Positions 8,673 to 18,209 are shown, counted from the stretch's first letter. The stretch is 64,000 bases of DNA from Oscillospiraceae bacterium (GCA_015064725.1 SVRQ01000009.1:1897-65896); one strand, 5' to 3'. Numbers and translations: made by a program. The notes: generated by a model from the sequence alone, not told the origin.

Positions 8673-9533
8673 ATGAAAAAAATAATTTCTTTAATATTGG
8701 CTTTTGCGCTGACGTTAATCGTTGCTTCCTGCGGGAAAAAGCCTTATACTGTGCTTGAGGTCGGCGGTGCAGATTCTCGTTCCGTTGCAAACCACGATTC
8801 CGATATAGTTTTGGAAATAAAAAGCGAAAAAGACTTGAAGCTGAACAAGAACAAGACATTTGAACTGAACAGCAAAAGCTATGATGTTGAATATAGAAAT
8901 ACAATGAAAACTTACTTTTTTAACGGCGAAATAGACTTTTACGAAAGCAAAGAAGTTTCAATAGGGGTAAACAAGAAAACGGGCAATATCGACCAATATT
9001 CGTTTTTGGGAGCCTACGTTCTCGGAACGGAGGGTGCAGAAAAAAGCTATGACGAATGTCTTGAAATTGCGAAAAAATATCTCGGAAAGGCTGTTTCCGA
9101 CGTTGAAAATTATGCCGTTGCGGATTACCGATACTTAAAAATTCCCGAATATAAAGCCGTGTATTCGTTTGAATTTGCGCGCTTTGTTAACGGTGCGAAA
9201 ACTTCCGACAGTGCGGTTGTGGGCGTTACGGTCTATGGCGATGTTATCTCTCACACATATCAAAACCTCGGCGGGATGAAGGATGCACCCGTGCCGAGCG
9301 AAGCGGAAATGGCAGAGATAAGAGCGAACGTTTACCAAAAGCTTGAAGATATTTACGGCGGAATAAAAGCCGAATATGACGTTGAATATTCAACAAAGGA
9401 CGTTGTGCTTTCAAGGCTTGAAGACGGCAAATACGCTATTGAATATTATATGGATGCGAAAGTAACGCCGAAAGCGGAAGGCAAACTCGGTTTTATGGAA
9501 ACAAATCATTTTTTGATATACGTTAAAAAATAA
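8673..9533 (+). CDS. lipoprotein of unknown function
   Basis: Start moved to ATG 8673 (AAGGAGG RBS at 8658-8664). Lipobox is LTLIVASCGKK. 286 aa with no motif I recognise. Confidence 0.6.
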   Translation: MKKIISLILAFALTLIVASCGKKPYTVLEVGGADSRSVANHDSDIVLEIKSEKDLKLNKNKTFELNSKSYDVEYRNTMKTYFFNGEIDFYESKEVSIGVNKKTGNIDQYSFLGAYVLGTEGAEKSYDECLEIAKKYLGKAVSDVENYAVADYRYLKIPEYKAVYSFEFARFVNGAKTSDSAVVGVTVYGDVISHTYQNLGGMKDAPVPSEAEMAEIRANVYQKLEDIYGGIKAEYDVEYSTKDVVLSRLEDGKYAIEYYMDAKVTPKAEGKLGFMETNHFLIYVKK

Positions 9534-9546
9534 TTCAAAATCCCTC

Positions 9547-9575
9547 TTGACAAAGGGCGCGCTTTATGCTATAAT
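9547..9575 (+). promoter_or_regulatory. consensus SigA promoter of the infC-rpmI-rplT operon
   Basis: TTGACA (9547-9552), 17-nt spacer, TATAAT (9570-9575). Confidence 0.75.
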
Positions 9576-9740
9576 CATCGGGTAAAACAAAGAAGAACAT
9601 TCTCCGTTCTCACCCTGCCGCAAACGGCGCGCTCGGTCAATAAACAAGATAATACCTTACTTGCGTATATTTTCGGAAGTAATTATGTCTATATTTATGC
9701 GGAGAGCCTTACTTTGGTTTTCCGCATTTTATTTTGTTAT
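9576..9740 (+). promoter_or_regulatory. putative L20-responsive leader / transcription attenuator upstream of infC
   Basis: The leader is about 180 nt, between a consensus promoter and the infC RBS. It ends in an intrinsic terminator: ATGCGGA (9697-9703) pairs with TCCGCAT (9721-9727), followed by TTTTATTTT. Position and architecture match the Firmicute L20 leader, but the fold was not verified. Confidence 0.5.
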
Positions 9741-9754
9741 GGAGGTGCTTTACC

Positions 9755-10270
9755 ATTAGCACGAAAGAAAATCTTATCAACGAGGAAATAAAGATCCCTG
9801 AAGTTCGTCTTGTAACAGACGAAGGCGAAATGCTTGGGGTTGTCAAAATCGCAAAGGCACTTGAAATGGCACAGGAGAGAGACCTTGATCTCGTACTTAT
9901 CTCCCCCTCCGCCGTTCCGCCCGTATGCAAAATAATGGACTACGGCAAGTTCTGCTTTGAAAAAGAAAAACGCGCTAAAGAAGCGAAGAAGAAACAGCAG
10001 GTTGTCGATGTAAAGGAAATTCAGCTTTCCTGTACGATCGGTGAGCACGATTTCCAGACGAAGCTTAACCACGCGCACCGCTTCCTTAAAGGCGGCGACA
10101 AAGTTAAGGTCGTTGTAAGATTCCGCGGAAGAGAAATGCGCCACACAGAGCTTGGCGCAGATATCCTTGCAAAGTTTGAAAAGGGTTGCGAGGGTGTTGG
10201 CACAGCGGAGAAAAAAGCTGTTCTTGACGGACGTAATATGACAATGTTCATCTCGCCCGTAAAACAATAA
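9755..10270 (+). CDS. infC: translation initiation factor IF-3
   Basis: Strong IF-3 sequence (LINEEIKIPEVRLV...VCKIMDYGKF...). The likely start is ATT at 9755, 7 nt after GGAGGTG (9741-9747). The ORF-track TTG at 9734 lies upstream of that RBS. Confidence 0.9.
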   Translation: MSTKENLINEEIKIPEVRLVTDEGEMLGVVKIAKALEMAQERDLDLVLISPSAVPPVCKIMDYGKFCFEKEKRAKEAKKKQQVVDVKEIQLSCTIGEHDFQTKLNHAHRFLKGGDKVKVVVRFRGREMRHTELGADILAKFEKGCEGVGTAEKKAVLDGRNMTMFISPVKQ

Positions 10271-10302
10271 ATTTTTGTATAAACTGAAAGGAATATAAAG
10301 TT

Positions 10303-10497
10303 ATGCCGAAGATCAAAACACACAAGGCTACATCTAAGAGATTTTCCACAACAAAGAGCGGTAAAGTAAAGCTCAATTCTTCTTTCCGTCGCCACAAGCT
10401 CGGAATCAAGACACCCAAACGTAAGAGACAGCTCAGAAAGAACGCTTACTTGAGCCCCTCTTTCGCAAAAACGATCAAATCCCTTATCAACGCTTAA
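10303..10497 (+). CDS. rpmI: 50S ribosomal protein L35
   Basis: MPKIKTHKATSKRF... 64 aa, in the canonical position after infC. Confidence 0.95.
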   Translation: MPKIKTHKATSKRFSTTKSGKVKLNSSFRRHKLGIKTPKRKRQLRKNAYLSPSFAKTIKSLINA

Positions 10498-10529
10498 TCG
10501 GCGGGAATTTACTTTAGGAGGAAACTGAA

Positions 10530-10883
10530 ATGGCAAGAGTTAAAGGCGCGATGATGGCTCGCAAGAGAAGAAATAAAATGTTGAAGCTCGCAAAGGGTTA
10601 CTGGGGTGCTAAATCCAAACACTTCAAGATGGCTAAGCAGGCCGTTATGAAGAGCGGTAACTACGCTTTCGCAGGCAGAAAAATGAAAAAGAGAGATTTC
10701 CGTTCTCTCTGGATCACAAGAATCTCCGCACAGGCAAAGGTTAACGGTATCAACTACTCCAGATTTATGTGCGGTCTCAAGAAGGCAGGCATCGAACTCA
10801 ACAGAAAGATGCTCGCTGACCTCGCTGTAAACGACAAGGCTGCTTTCGCTGCTCTCGTTGAAACAGCTAAAAACGCTCTTTAA
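10530..10883 (+). CDS. rplT: 50S ribosomal protein L20
   Basis: [29 protein letters not shown]... 117 aa. Confidence 0.95.
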   Translation: MARVKGAMMARKRRNKMLKLAKGYWGAKSKHFKMAKQAVMKSGNYAFAGRKMKKRDFRSLWITRISAQAKVNGINYSRFMCGLKKAGIELNRKMLADLAVNDKAAFAALVETAKNAL

Positions 10884-10910
10884 TTTTTAAAGAGGAACAT
10901 AAACGTAAGC

Positions 10911-10945
10911 AAAACCAAGGTGCGCGCGCACTTTGGTTTTTGTTT
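10911..10945 (+). terminator. rho-independent terminator after rplT
   Basis: AAAACCAAGGTGCGC pairs with GCGCACTTTGGTTTT, followed by a T-run. Confidence 0.75.
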
Positions 10946-10981
10946 ATCAAGAAAACGAATCACCGAACAGAGGAAACGAAA

Positions 10982-11785
10982 ATGCAGACGAATTACGAAA
11001 TGATAACAAGCAGAAAAAACGCTTCCGTGCTTGCCGCCGCCGCACTTGCAGACAAAAAACAGCGCGATAAAACGGGGCTTTTTGCATTTGAGGGCATAAA
11101 GCTTTTCGAGGATGCGGCGCGCGAAAAAACGGATATAGAAAAAGTTTTTGTAACGGAGCGCGCATACGGGCGATATAAGGATATTTTCGCTTCCTCCGGC
11201 GTTTCGGAAAAGCTTGTGCTTGTAACGGAGGAGGTTTACGAAAAGCTCTCCTTTGAAAGTGCGCCGCAGGGCGTTTTTACCGTTGCACGCAAATTTTCCG
11301 AAAAAAACAGATGCTTTGGCGAAAATTCAACCGTGATGTTCCTGGATTCCCTTGGCGACCCCGGCAATATCGGCACGATAATCCGCAGCGCGGATGCTTT
11401 CGGTGTGGATGCCGTTTTTGTGGGCGAGGGAAGCGCGGATATCTACAATCCCAAAACGGTGCGCGCTTGTATGGGTTCGCTCTTCCGCGTGAACGTAAAG
11501 GTCTGCACGGATATTGCCGCAGATATCGCCGTGCTTCGCGCAGAGGGCTTTTCCGTATATGCTGCGATGCTCGATAAAACGAGCGAAAGCTTGCTCTCGC
11601 TCCCGTTTTCGGGCAAGGTCGGCTTTGTTATAGGCAACGAAGGGCACGGTGTGAGCGCGGGCGTAAGACAAGCCTGCACGGGAAGCGTGATCATCCCTAT
11701 GTGCGAGGGACCTGAATCTCTTAATGCGGCAACCTCCGCCTCCGTGCTTATGTGGGAAGCGTACAGGGCGAGAATGAAAAAATAA
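10982..11785 (+). CDS. TrmH/SpoU-family RNA 2'-O-methyltransferase
   Basis: Start moved to ATG 10982. SpoU substrate-binding N-domain, then the SPOUT knot region (LGDPGNIGTIIRSADAFG, VIGNEGHGVS, IPMCEGPESLNAATSASVLMWE). 267 aa. Confidence 0.85.
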   Translation: MQTNYEMITSRKNASVLAAAALADKKQRDKTGLFAFEGIKLFEDAAREKTDIEKVFVTERAYGRYKDIFASSGVSEKLVLVTEEVYEKLSFESAPQGVFTVARKFSEKNRCFGENSTVMFLDSLGDPGNIGTIIRSADAFGVDAVFVGEGSADIYNPKTVRACMGSLFRVNVKVCTDIAADIAVLRAEGFSVYAAMLDKTSESLLSLPFSGKVGFVIGNEGHGVSAGVRQACTGSVIIPMCEGPESLNAATSASVLMWEAYRARMKK

Positions 11786-11797
11786 ACGGAGGATAAG

Positions 11798-13120
11798 ATG
11801 GATCCATTGCTTTATTACATATGGCTTTCCCTGCGCTGCGGCGCAGGAAACGAAACGGCAAGCTTCTTGCTTTCAAAATTCGGCTCTCCCAAAGCAATAT
11901 TCGACGCGGACAGACACACGCTCCTTTCCGTATTGCCGGAGCGCGAAGGGCTTGCCGCCGCACTCTCCGATAAAGATACTTCCGCGGCGGAACGCGTATT
12001 GGAGCATTGCCAGCGTGCAAACATCGGTATTATGACGGTGGACAGCCCGATATATCCGCAAAGACTTCGCGCCATACAAGCAAAGCCTATAGTTTTGTAT
12101 TATAAAGGCGCATTCCCGAATATAGATGAAAAAGTAGCCATCGCTTGTGTCGGCACGCGCAAATGCTCCGATAAGGGCATAAAGGTTGCATACAAGCTTG
12201 GCGCGGACCTTGCAAGCGCGGGTGCTGTTGTGGTTTCGGGAATGGCAAGGGGCATTGATTCTATGTGCGCAAGAGGTGCGCTTGCGGAAAAAGGGCATAC
12301 CATAGCCGTGCTTGGCTGCGGCATAGACGTTGTATATCCTCCCGAAAATGAGCCGCTTATGAAAGCTATCGAGCAAAACGGCACGGTCATAACGGAGTAT
12401 GCGCCCGGCACACCGCCGACGGGTAAACACTTTCCCGTCAGAAACAGGATAATTGCGGGACTCTGCCTTGGCACGGTCGTTGTGGAGGCGGATGCCGGCA
12501 GCGGAGCGCTTATCACCGCAGAGCACGCGCGAAAGCAGGGGAAGGACGTTTTTGCTTTTCCCGGAGACGTGGACAGCAATTATCACAGCGGCACGAACGA
12601 GCTTATAGCGGGCGGTGCTACGATGGTGCGGGACGCGCGCGATATTTTGCTTGAATACGAAGAGCTTTGGCGCGGAAGAATATCTGTGCGAAAAATTCCA
12701 AAAAATAAATATTACACGGGCGAGGCTCCGCTTACACCCATAGAGCCGCTTGCAAAGACGTATGCGGAAGAAGCTGCCAAGAAAAAACGCTCTTGGGGCG
12801 GTAAAAGGGAAAGAAAGCCCCTGCCCGAAAAGCTCTATGAGGAAGCGCTTGAAAACGCAGAGGTAAGGATAGAGTTTGAAGAAGAGCGCTTAGAGGAGAT
12901 ACCGAAGCCCGAAAAAGCCAAAACAGAGCCTTCGCTTTCCGGAACGGAGCTTCTTGTGTGGCGCGCCATATCCGGCACGATGTCCGCAGACGAGATCGCG
13001 GCGAAGATCGTGCGCGAAACGGGAGAGAGCATTGGCGTGGGAGAGGTCCTCGGTGCGCTCACCTCTCTTGAGATAGAGGGTCTTTGCAAAAGCTTCCCCG
13101 GCGGGCTTTTTGGCAAATGA
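11798..13120 (+). CDS. dprA: DNA-processing protein DprA (Smf)
   Basis: Rossmann-like DprA core (VVSGMARGIDS, GSGALITAEHA, FAFPGD). About 110 aa of K/E-rich linker, then a C-terminal winged-helix (MSADEIAAKI...LTSLEIEGL). Confidence 0.85.
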   Translation: MDPLLYYIWLSLRCGAGNETASFLLSKFGSPKAIFDADRHTLLSVLPEREGLAAALSDKDTSAAERVLEHCQRANIGIMTVDSPIYPQRLRAIQAKPIVLYYKGAFPNIDEKVAIACVGTRKCSDKGIKVAYKLGADLASAGAVVVSGMARGIDSMCARGALAEKGHTIAVLGCGIDVVYPPENEPLMKAIEQNGTVITEYAPGTPPTGKHFPVRNRIIAGLCLGTVVVEADAGSGALITAEHARKQGKDVFAFPGDVDSNYHSGTNELIAGGATMVRDARDILLEYEELWRGRISVRKIPKNKYYTGEAPLTPIEPLAKTYAEEAAKKKRSWGGKRERKPLPEKLYEEALENAEVRIEFEEERLEEIPKPEKAKTEPSLSGTELLVWRAISGTMSADEIAAKIVRETGESIGVGEVLGALTSLEIEGLCKSFPGGLFGK

Positions 13121-13176
13121 TCAAAAAATGAAATAAAATATATACCTATGCTCACACAATATTCACAAATTCACTC

Positions 13177-13206
13177 TTGACAGAATTTGATTTTTGAGTG
13201 TATAAT
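13177..13206 (+). promoter_or_regulatory. SigA-type promoter for topA
   Basis: TTGACA (13177-13182), 18-nt spacer, TATAAT (13201-13206). Confidence 0.6.
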
Positions 13207-13271
13207 TTCGAGTGCGTGTATTTTTTTAGAAGGGAGATATACTTTGATTTTCGCAAAGTAGTTGTGTTACA

Positions 13272-15503
13272 ATGCAGAAACTTGTGATAGTGGAGTCACC
13301 CTCCAAAGCAAATTCCATAAATTCTTATCTGGGCAACGATTTTAAGGTCGTTGCATCGAAGGGTCACGTAAGGGACCTTCCGAAAAGCACACTCGGTGTG
13401 GATATAGAAAACAATTTTAAAGTTAAATATATAAATATTCAAGGCAAGGGCGAGCTTATAAATCAGCTCAAAAAAGAAGCCAAGGGCGCAGATATGATCT
13501 ATCTTGCGACTGACCCTGACCGCGAGGGCGAAGCGATCGCTTGGCACCTTGCGACGGTGCTTGGAATAGAGCCCGAGAAAGCCAACAGAGTTGCCTTTAA
13601 CGAAATTACGAGAAATACCGTCCTCGCGGAAATAGAAAAACCCCGCGCCATCGATATGAACCTTGTAAATTCCCAGCAGGCAAGAAGAGTTCTGGACAGA
13701 ATAGTAGGCTACAAGCTCAGCCCCTATCTTTGGAAGACGGTTAAATCCGGTCTTTCCGCGGGCAGAGTACAGTCCGTTGCAACAAGAATAATCGTAGAGC
13801 GCGATGCGGAGATAGCCGCGTTCGAGCCCAAGGAATATTGGACAGTGGAAGCGCTCCTCAAGGGTGCGGGCACACGAAAGATAAAAGCAAAATTCCACGG
13901 CAACAAGCATGGCAAGATGGAACTTACCTGCGAGGCGGACGCGCAAAAGGTGCTTGACGTTTGCAACACGGAAAAATTTATCGTTGAAAGCGTTGTACGT
14001 GCGAAAAAGAATAAATCCCCCATGCCTCCCTTCATCACGTCAACAATGCAGCAGGATGCTTCCCGAAAGCTTGGCTTCCAGGCGAAAAAGACGATGCGCG
14101 TGGCGCAGGAGCTTTATGAAGGCGTAAACCTTGGTTCGGAGTTTGGCGGCACTCACGGTATCATCACTTATATGAGAACGGACTCCCTTCGTATTTCCGG
14201 CGACGCGGCAAATGCAGCGCAGAAATTTATCGTTTCGAAATACGGTGCGGAATATTACCCCTCCAGAAGAAGGACTTTCAAGTCCGCGGGCTCTGCACAG
14301 GATGCACACGAAGCTATCCGTCCTTCGAGTATGGAGTTCGAGCCGGAGCTTATAAAACGCTATCTTTCCAACGACCAGTATAAGCTCTATAAGCTTATCT
14401 GGGACAGATTCGTTGCAAGCCAGATGAAGAATGCGGAGCTTGATACGATGAACGCGGATATTGCCTGCGGCGAATATATCTTCAAGGCGAGCGAATATTC
14501 CGTTAAATTCAAAGGCTATCTGCTTGTTTACGAAGAAGCGGAATCAAGCGAGACGGCAGAAAAGCTTGCAAAGGTATGCGAGCTTACACAGGGACAGGAG
14601 CTTTTGCTTGACGGCATAAACGGCGAAAAGAACTTTACAACGCCCCCTGCTCATTTTAATGAAGCTTCTCTTATCAAATTCCTCGAGGAAAAGGGCATCG
14701 GCAGACCGAGCACCTATGCAACGACCATCACGACCATAATCGACCGCGGATACGTTGAAAGAGATAAAAAGATACTCCGTTCCACCCCCTTGGGCGAGGC
14801 AACGGTAGAACTTATGAAAAAGAACTTCCCAAGCATTGTCGATTATAAATTCACGGCGAATATGGAAACGAACCTTGATAAGATAGCATCCGGCGATGAA
14901 ACCGCGGAAGAGATCCTTGGAGATTTCTACGTAGGCTTTGAAAAAACGCTTGAAAAAGCGCAATCCAAGATAAAGGAAAACAAGGTGGAGCTTCCCGTGG
15001 AGGAATCCGATATCATTTGCGAAAAATGCGGAAAGCGTATGATAATCAAATCGGGCAGATTCGGTAAATTTGCCGCTTGCCCGGGCTATCCCGAATGCAA
15101 GAACACAAAGCCTCTTGCAAAGGACGGAAGCACGGCGGCGGAAAAGGAAGAGCCGGAAAAGACGGATATAAAATGCCCCGAATGCGGCGGCGAGGTCGTT
15201 ATCCGTAAGAGCAGATACGGAAAATTCTATGCTTGCCTTAACTTCCCGAAGTGCAAATATACAAAAGCTATCAAAGAAGAGATCGGCGTTGCCTGCCCGA
15301 AATGCGGCGGTGCTATCGTTCGCAGCTTCGGCAGACGAAAGAGTGTTTTCTATAACTGCGACAATTACCCCAAGTGCGATTTTTCCGTTTGGGATATGCC
15401 CACGGGCGAAAAGTGCCCCCAATGCGGCGGACTCTTGCTTGAAAAGAAGGGCAAAAAGTTCAGCTATTGTATGAATGACGGCTGCGGTTATAACGCAAAG
15501 TAA
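13272..15503 (+). CDS. topA: DNA topoisomerase I
   Basis: TOPRIM start (KLVIVESPSKA). Active-site Tyr region ITYMRTDS. Four C-terminal CxxC...CxxC zinc ribbons. 743 aa. Confidence 0.95.
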   Translation: MQKLVIVESPSKANSINSYLGNDFKVVASKGHVRDLPKSTLGVDIENNFKVKYINIQGKGELINQLKKEAKGADMIYLATDPDREGEAIAWHLATVLGIEPEKANRVAFNEITRNTVLAEIEKPRAIDMNLVNSQQARRVLDRIVGYKLSPYLWKTVKSGLSAGRVQSVATRIIVERDAEIAAFEPKEYWTVEALLKGAGTRKIKAKFHGNKHGKMELTCEADAQKVLDVCNTEKFIVESVVRAKKNKSPMPPFITSTMQQDASRKLGFQAKKTMRVAQELYEGVNLGSEFGGTHGIITYMRTDSLRISGDAANAAQKFIVSKYGAEYYPSRRRTFKSAGSAQDAHEAIRPSSMEFEPELIKRYLSNDQYKLYKLIWDRFVASQMKNAELDTMNADIACGEYIFKASEYSVKFKGYLLVYEEAESSETAEKLAKVCELTQGQELLLDGINGEKNFTTPPAHFNEASLIKFLEEKGIGRPSTYATTITTIIDRGYVERDKKILRSTPLGEATVELMKKNFPSIVDYKFTANMETNLDKIASGDETAEEILGDFYVGFEKTLEKAQSKIKENKVELPVEESDIICEKCGKRMIIKSGRFGKFAACPGYPECKNTKPLAKDGSTAAEKEEPEKTDIKCPECGGEVVIRKSRYGKFYACLNFPKCKYTKAIKEEIGVACPKCGGAIVRSFGRRKSVFYNCDNYPKCDFSVWDMPTGEKCPQCGGLLLEKKGKKFSYCMNDGCGYNAK

Positions 15504-15516
15504 TAAATAATAACAG

Positions 15517-15547
15517 CAAAAACCCCGACAGTCTGTCGGGGTTTTTA
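15517..15547. terminator. bidirectional rho-independent terminator (topA and the convergent orphan gene)
   Basis: CCCCGACA (15523-15530) pairs with TGTCGGGG (15534-15541). It is flanked by an A-run and a T-run. Confidence 0.8.
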
Positions 15548-15886
15548 ATTGTTAATGTCGAAGAAGCACGGAACAAGGATGTGCGGCGCATAAGATTTTA
15601 TGGTAGAAGTGATATGGTCCTTAATTTCCACCAAGGTTTTCTGCCCTAAAGCTTTATCGTATATCATTGTTTCAGCCCACATATATTCGGGATTTTCTTT
15701 ATCACCATATCCTCCGCCACCTAGTGAATCTTTTTGTTTATCTATCAATACATATTCAAACCAGAGGATCTCGTTTACAAAACCTCCGCACTCAAAAAGC
15801 AATTCTACAAACTCACTCCAGTTTCTAAATATCAAATCCGAACAAACTTTGTTTTCTTCTATATATTTTTTTATTTTGCTGTCCAT
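15545..15886 (-). CDS. hypothetical cytoplasmic protein (orphan, low GC)
   Basis: Start moved to the internal ATG (MDSKIKKYIEE...), because the upstream part of ORF 15545..15985 reads into repeat DNA. 113 aa with no recognisable motif. Confidence 0.45.
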   Translation of the reverse strand: MDSKIKKYIEENKVCSDLIFRNWSEFVELLFECGGFVNEILWFEYVLIDKQKDSLGGGGYGDKENPEYMWAETMIYDKALGQKTLVEIKDHITSTIKSYAPHILVPCFFDINN

Positions 15887-15990
15887 AATAACACCTCGTT
15901 TATTATCGTTTATCGCGCGCGCCAATTCCGCCTTTGTATTACAAAAAGCATCTGGCAATGCCCTCATCCCTGAAGTTGAACGCATCCAAA

Positions 15991-16176
15991 GGCTCCTCCG
16001 GGAGGGAGCTCCAGACGGAGTCGGGTGAGGGAGAGCGCGTTACAATGAATTTGGCACAAGCTTAAAGTCACGCAAGCTCCTTCCGTCACGCTTCGCAGCG
16101 AACCCCCAAAGCTCATTTCATTCGCTTCGGGGAACCCCTGCCGCGTGCCACCTTCCTCCCGGAGGAAGGCTTTTTC
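15991..16176 (+). repeat. composite hairpin repeat module C
   Basis: Starts GGCTCCTCCGGGAGGGAGC and ends GCCACCTTCCTCCCGGAGGAAGGC followed by TTTTT. A homologous copy lies at 35820-35958. Confidence 0.85.
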
Positions 16177-16346
16177 GTTAGCCCCATTATAACACAAATC
16201 GGCAGAGAAGACAATATCTCTACCGATTTTTATGTGTGTATTAAGGACCGTCGGGGACGCCGGTCTCTACAATGCAATTCGTGAACATCCTTATGAGAAC
16301 CAACCTAAGGCACACTTTTTTCTTTTAAATAAAAATGTTTTTTATC

Positions 16347-16375
16347 TTGAATTTTACCATATTATGATGTATAAT
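16347..16375 (+). promoter_or_regulatory. SigA-type promoter for plsX
   Basis: TTGAAT (16347-16352), 17-nt spacer, TATAAT (16370-16375). Confidence 0.55.
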
Positions 16376-16406
16376 ATACTAGTATAAATATAATTAGGAG
16401 TATGCT

Positions 16407-17453
16407 ATGAGAATAATACTTGACGTTATGGGTGCGGACAACGCCCCAAAAGAACTTATCCACGGCGCTATCCTTGCAAAGAAAGAATACGAAAACTGCG
16501 ATATTACACTTGTCGGCGATGAAAGCATCATAAAAGAAGCTCTTGCTGCCGAGGGCGAAAGGTATGAGGATTACAGCATCGTTCATTGTGACGATTTTGT
16601 TACTATGGAGGACAGCCCGATGAGCGTTATGTCGGCTCACTCCGCCTCCTCTATGACAACGGCACTCAGAATGCTATCCAAAGGCGAGGGAGATGCCGTT
16701 ATTTCCTGCGGAAACACGGGCGCGCTCTTTACTGGTGCCACGCTTATCGTCCGCCGTATCCACGGAATACGCCGTGCGGCTTTGGGTACGGTGCTTCCTT
16801 TTAACGGCGGTATGCTCCTTCTTGACAGCGGAGCGAACGTAACGGTGACCTCCGAATACCTTGTTCAGTTTGCATACCTCGGCTCTATCTATATGGAAAA
16901 GGTTATGGGAATTAAAAATCCCAGAGTCGGACTTCTCAATAACGGCGCAGAGGAGCATAAGGGTACTCCCATCGTTGCGGAAGCGCACAAGATGCTTGCA
17001 AACGCACAGGGCATAAACTTCATCGGCAACGTAGAGGGCAAGGACGTGCCCTTCGGTGTTTGCGACGTTCTCGTCTGCGATGGTTTTACGGGCAATATAT
17101 TGCTCAAGTCCAGCGAGGGACTTTCCAAATTCATTATGAAAGAAGTTAAAAAGGTCTTTGCAAGCGGGATTACGGCAAAGATCGCAGGGCTTTTGGTTAA
17201 GAAAAAGCTCTATAAGATGAAAAAATACTTTGATTCAACGGAGTACGGCGGCGCACCTTTCTTGGGCCTTGCAAAGCCTGTTATAAAGGCACACGGAAAT
17301 GCGGATGCCAACGCTATCAAGAACGCCATCCGCCAAGCTCTCGGTTATGCCTCCTGCGGCGCTATAGAGCAGATAGCTTCCTCCAAGGATAAATTCAACG
17401 AGGCTGTAAAAGCCGTTGAGGACTCCAAAAAAGCGGAGCAGGAAAAAGAATAA
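16407..17453 (+). CDS. plsX: phosphate acyltransferase PlsX
   Basis: MRIILDVMGADNAPKE..., GNTGA motif region (ISCGNTGALF), 348 aa. Confidence 0.95.
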   Translation: MRIILDVMGADNAPKELIHGAILAKKEYENCDITLVGDESIIKEALAAEGERYEDYSIVHCDDFVTMEDSPMSVMSAHSASSMTTALRMLSKGEGDAVISCGNTGALFTGATLIVRRIHGIRRAALGTVLPFNGGMLLLDSGANVTVTSEYLVQFAYLGSIYMEKVMGIKNPRVGLLNNGAEEHKGTPIVAEAHKMLANAQGINFIGNVEGKDVPFGVCDVLVCDGFTGNILLKSSEGLSKFIMKEVKKVFASGITAKIAGLLVKKKLYKMKKYFDSTEYGGAPFLGLAKPVIKAHGNADANAIKNAIRQALGYASCGAIEQIASSKDKFNEAVKAVEDSKKAEQEKE

Positions 17454-17489
17454 AAATAATTACATAAGAAAAAAAGAAAGGAGCTCATA

Positions 17490-18209
17490 ATGTCGGAAAA
17501 ACGCAAAAGCATAGTCTTTGACTTCACGGAGCTCGAAGAAAAGATCAAATATACCTTTGCCGATAAGACGCTCCTCTACAACGCGCTTTGCCATTCCTCC
17601 TATTCCAATGAGCGAAAACACGAAAACATTTCATCAAACGAGCGTTTGGAATTTCTCGGTGACTCCGTCATCTATATAATCGCAAGCGAACATCTTTTTC
17701 GCTCGTTTTGCGAAAAGCCGGAAGGCGAGCTTTCAACTCTTCGCCGCGAGATAATCGACAGCGCGGCGCTTGAGTCCTTCGCGCGCAAGATAGACCTCGG
17801 CTCTTATATGTTCTTCGGCAACGGAGAGGAGAAAAACGGCGGCAGAGAAAGACGCTCCAACCTTGAAGATGCTTTCGAGGCTCTTGTCGGTGCAATATAT
17901 ATTGACGGCGGCTTCCTCAAGGCAAAGGAATTTTTCCTTCCTTTTGTGAAGGAAAAGGTACAGGCTCTTTTTGCAGAGCATAGGTTCAACGACCCCAAAT
18001 CCCTTTTGCAGGAGATAGTTCAGCAGAACGGCGAAACGCTTAAATATGAAAAGATAAAGGAAAGCGGCCCCGACCACGATAAACGCTTTACCTGCGTTGT
18101 AAAGCTCAACAGCAACGTTATCGGTATGGGAGAGGGCAGACGCATACAGGAAGCGGAGATGAATGCCGCGCGCGATGCGCTCAGCCTTTTCGGTGAACAG
18201 TGGAACTGA
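17490..18209 (+). CDS. rnc: ribonuclease III
   Basis: RNase III signature ERLEFLGDSV. C-terminal dsRBD (DPKSLLQEIVQ...FTCVVKLN...GRRIQEAEMNAA). Confidence 0.95.
   Translation: MSEKRKSIVFDFTELEEKIKYTFADKTLLYNALCHSSYSNERKHENISSNERLEFLGDSVIYIIASEHLFRSFCEKPEGELSTLRREIIDSAALESFARKIDLGSYMFFGNGEEKNGGRERRSNLEDAFEALVGAIYIDGGFLKAKEFFLPFVKEKVQALFAEHRFNDPKSLLQEIVQQNGETLKYEKIKESGPDHDKRFTCVVKLNSNVIGMGEGRRIQEAEMNAARDALSLFGEQWN

Noticed and set aside
15964-16197. 77-aa minus-strand ORF
   Set aside because: It lies entirely within module-C repeat DNA.
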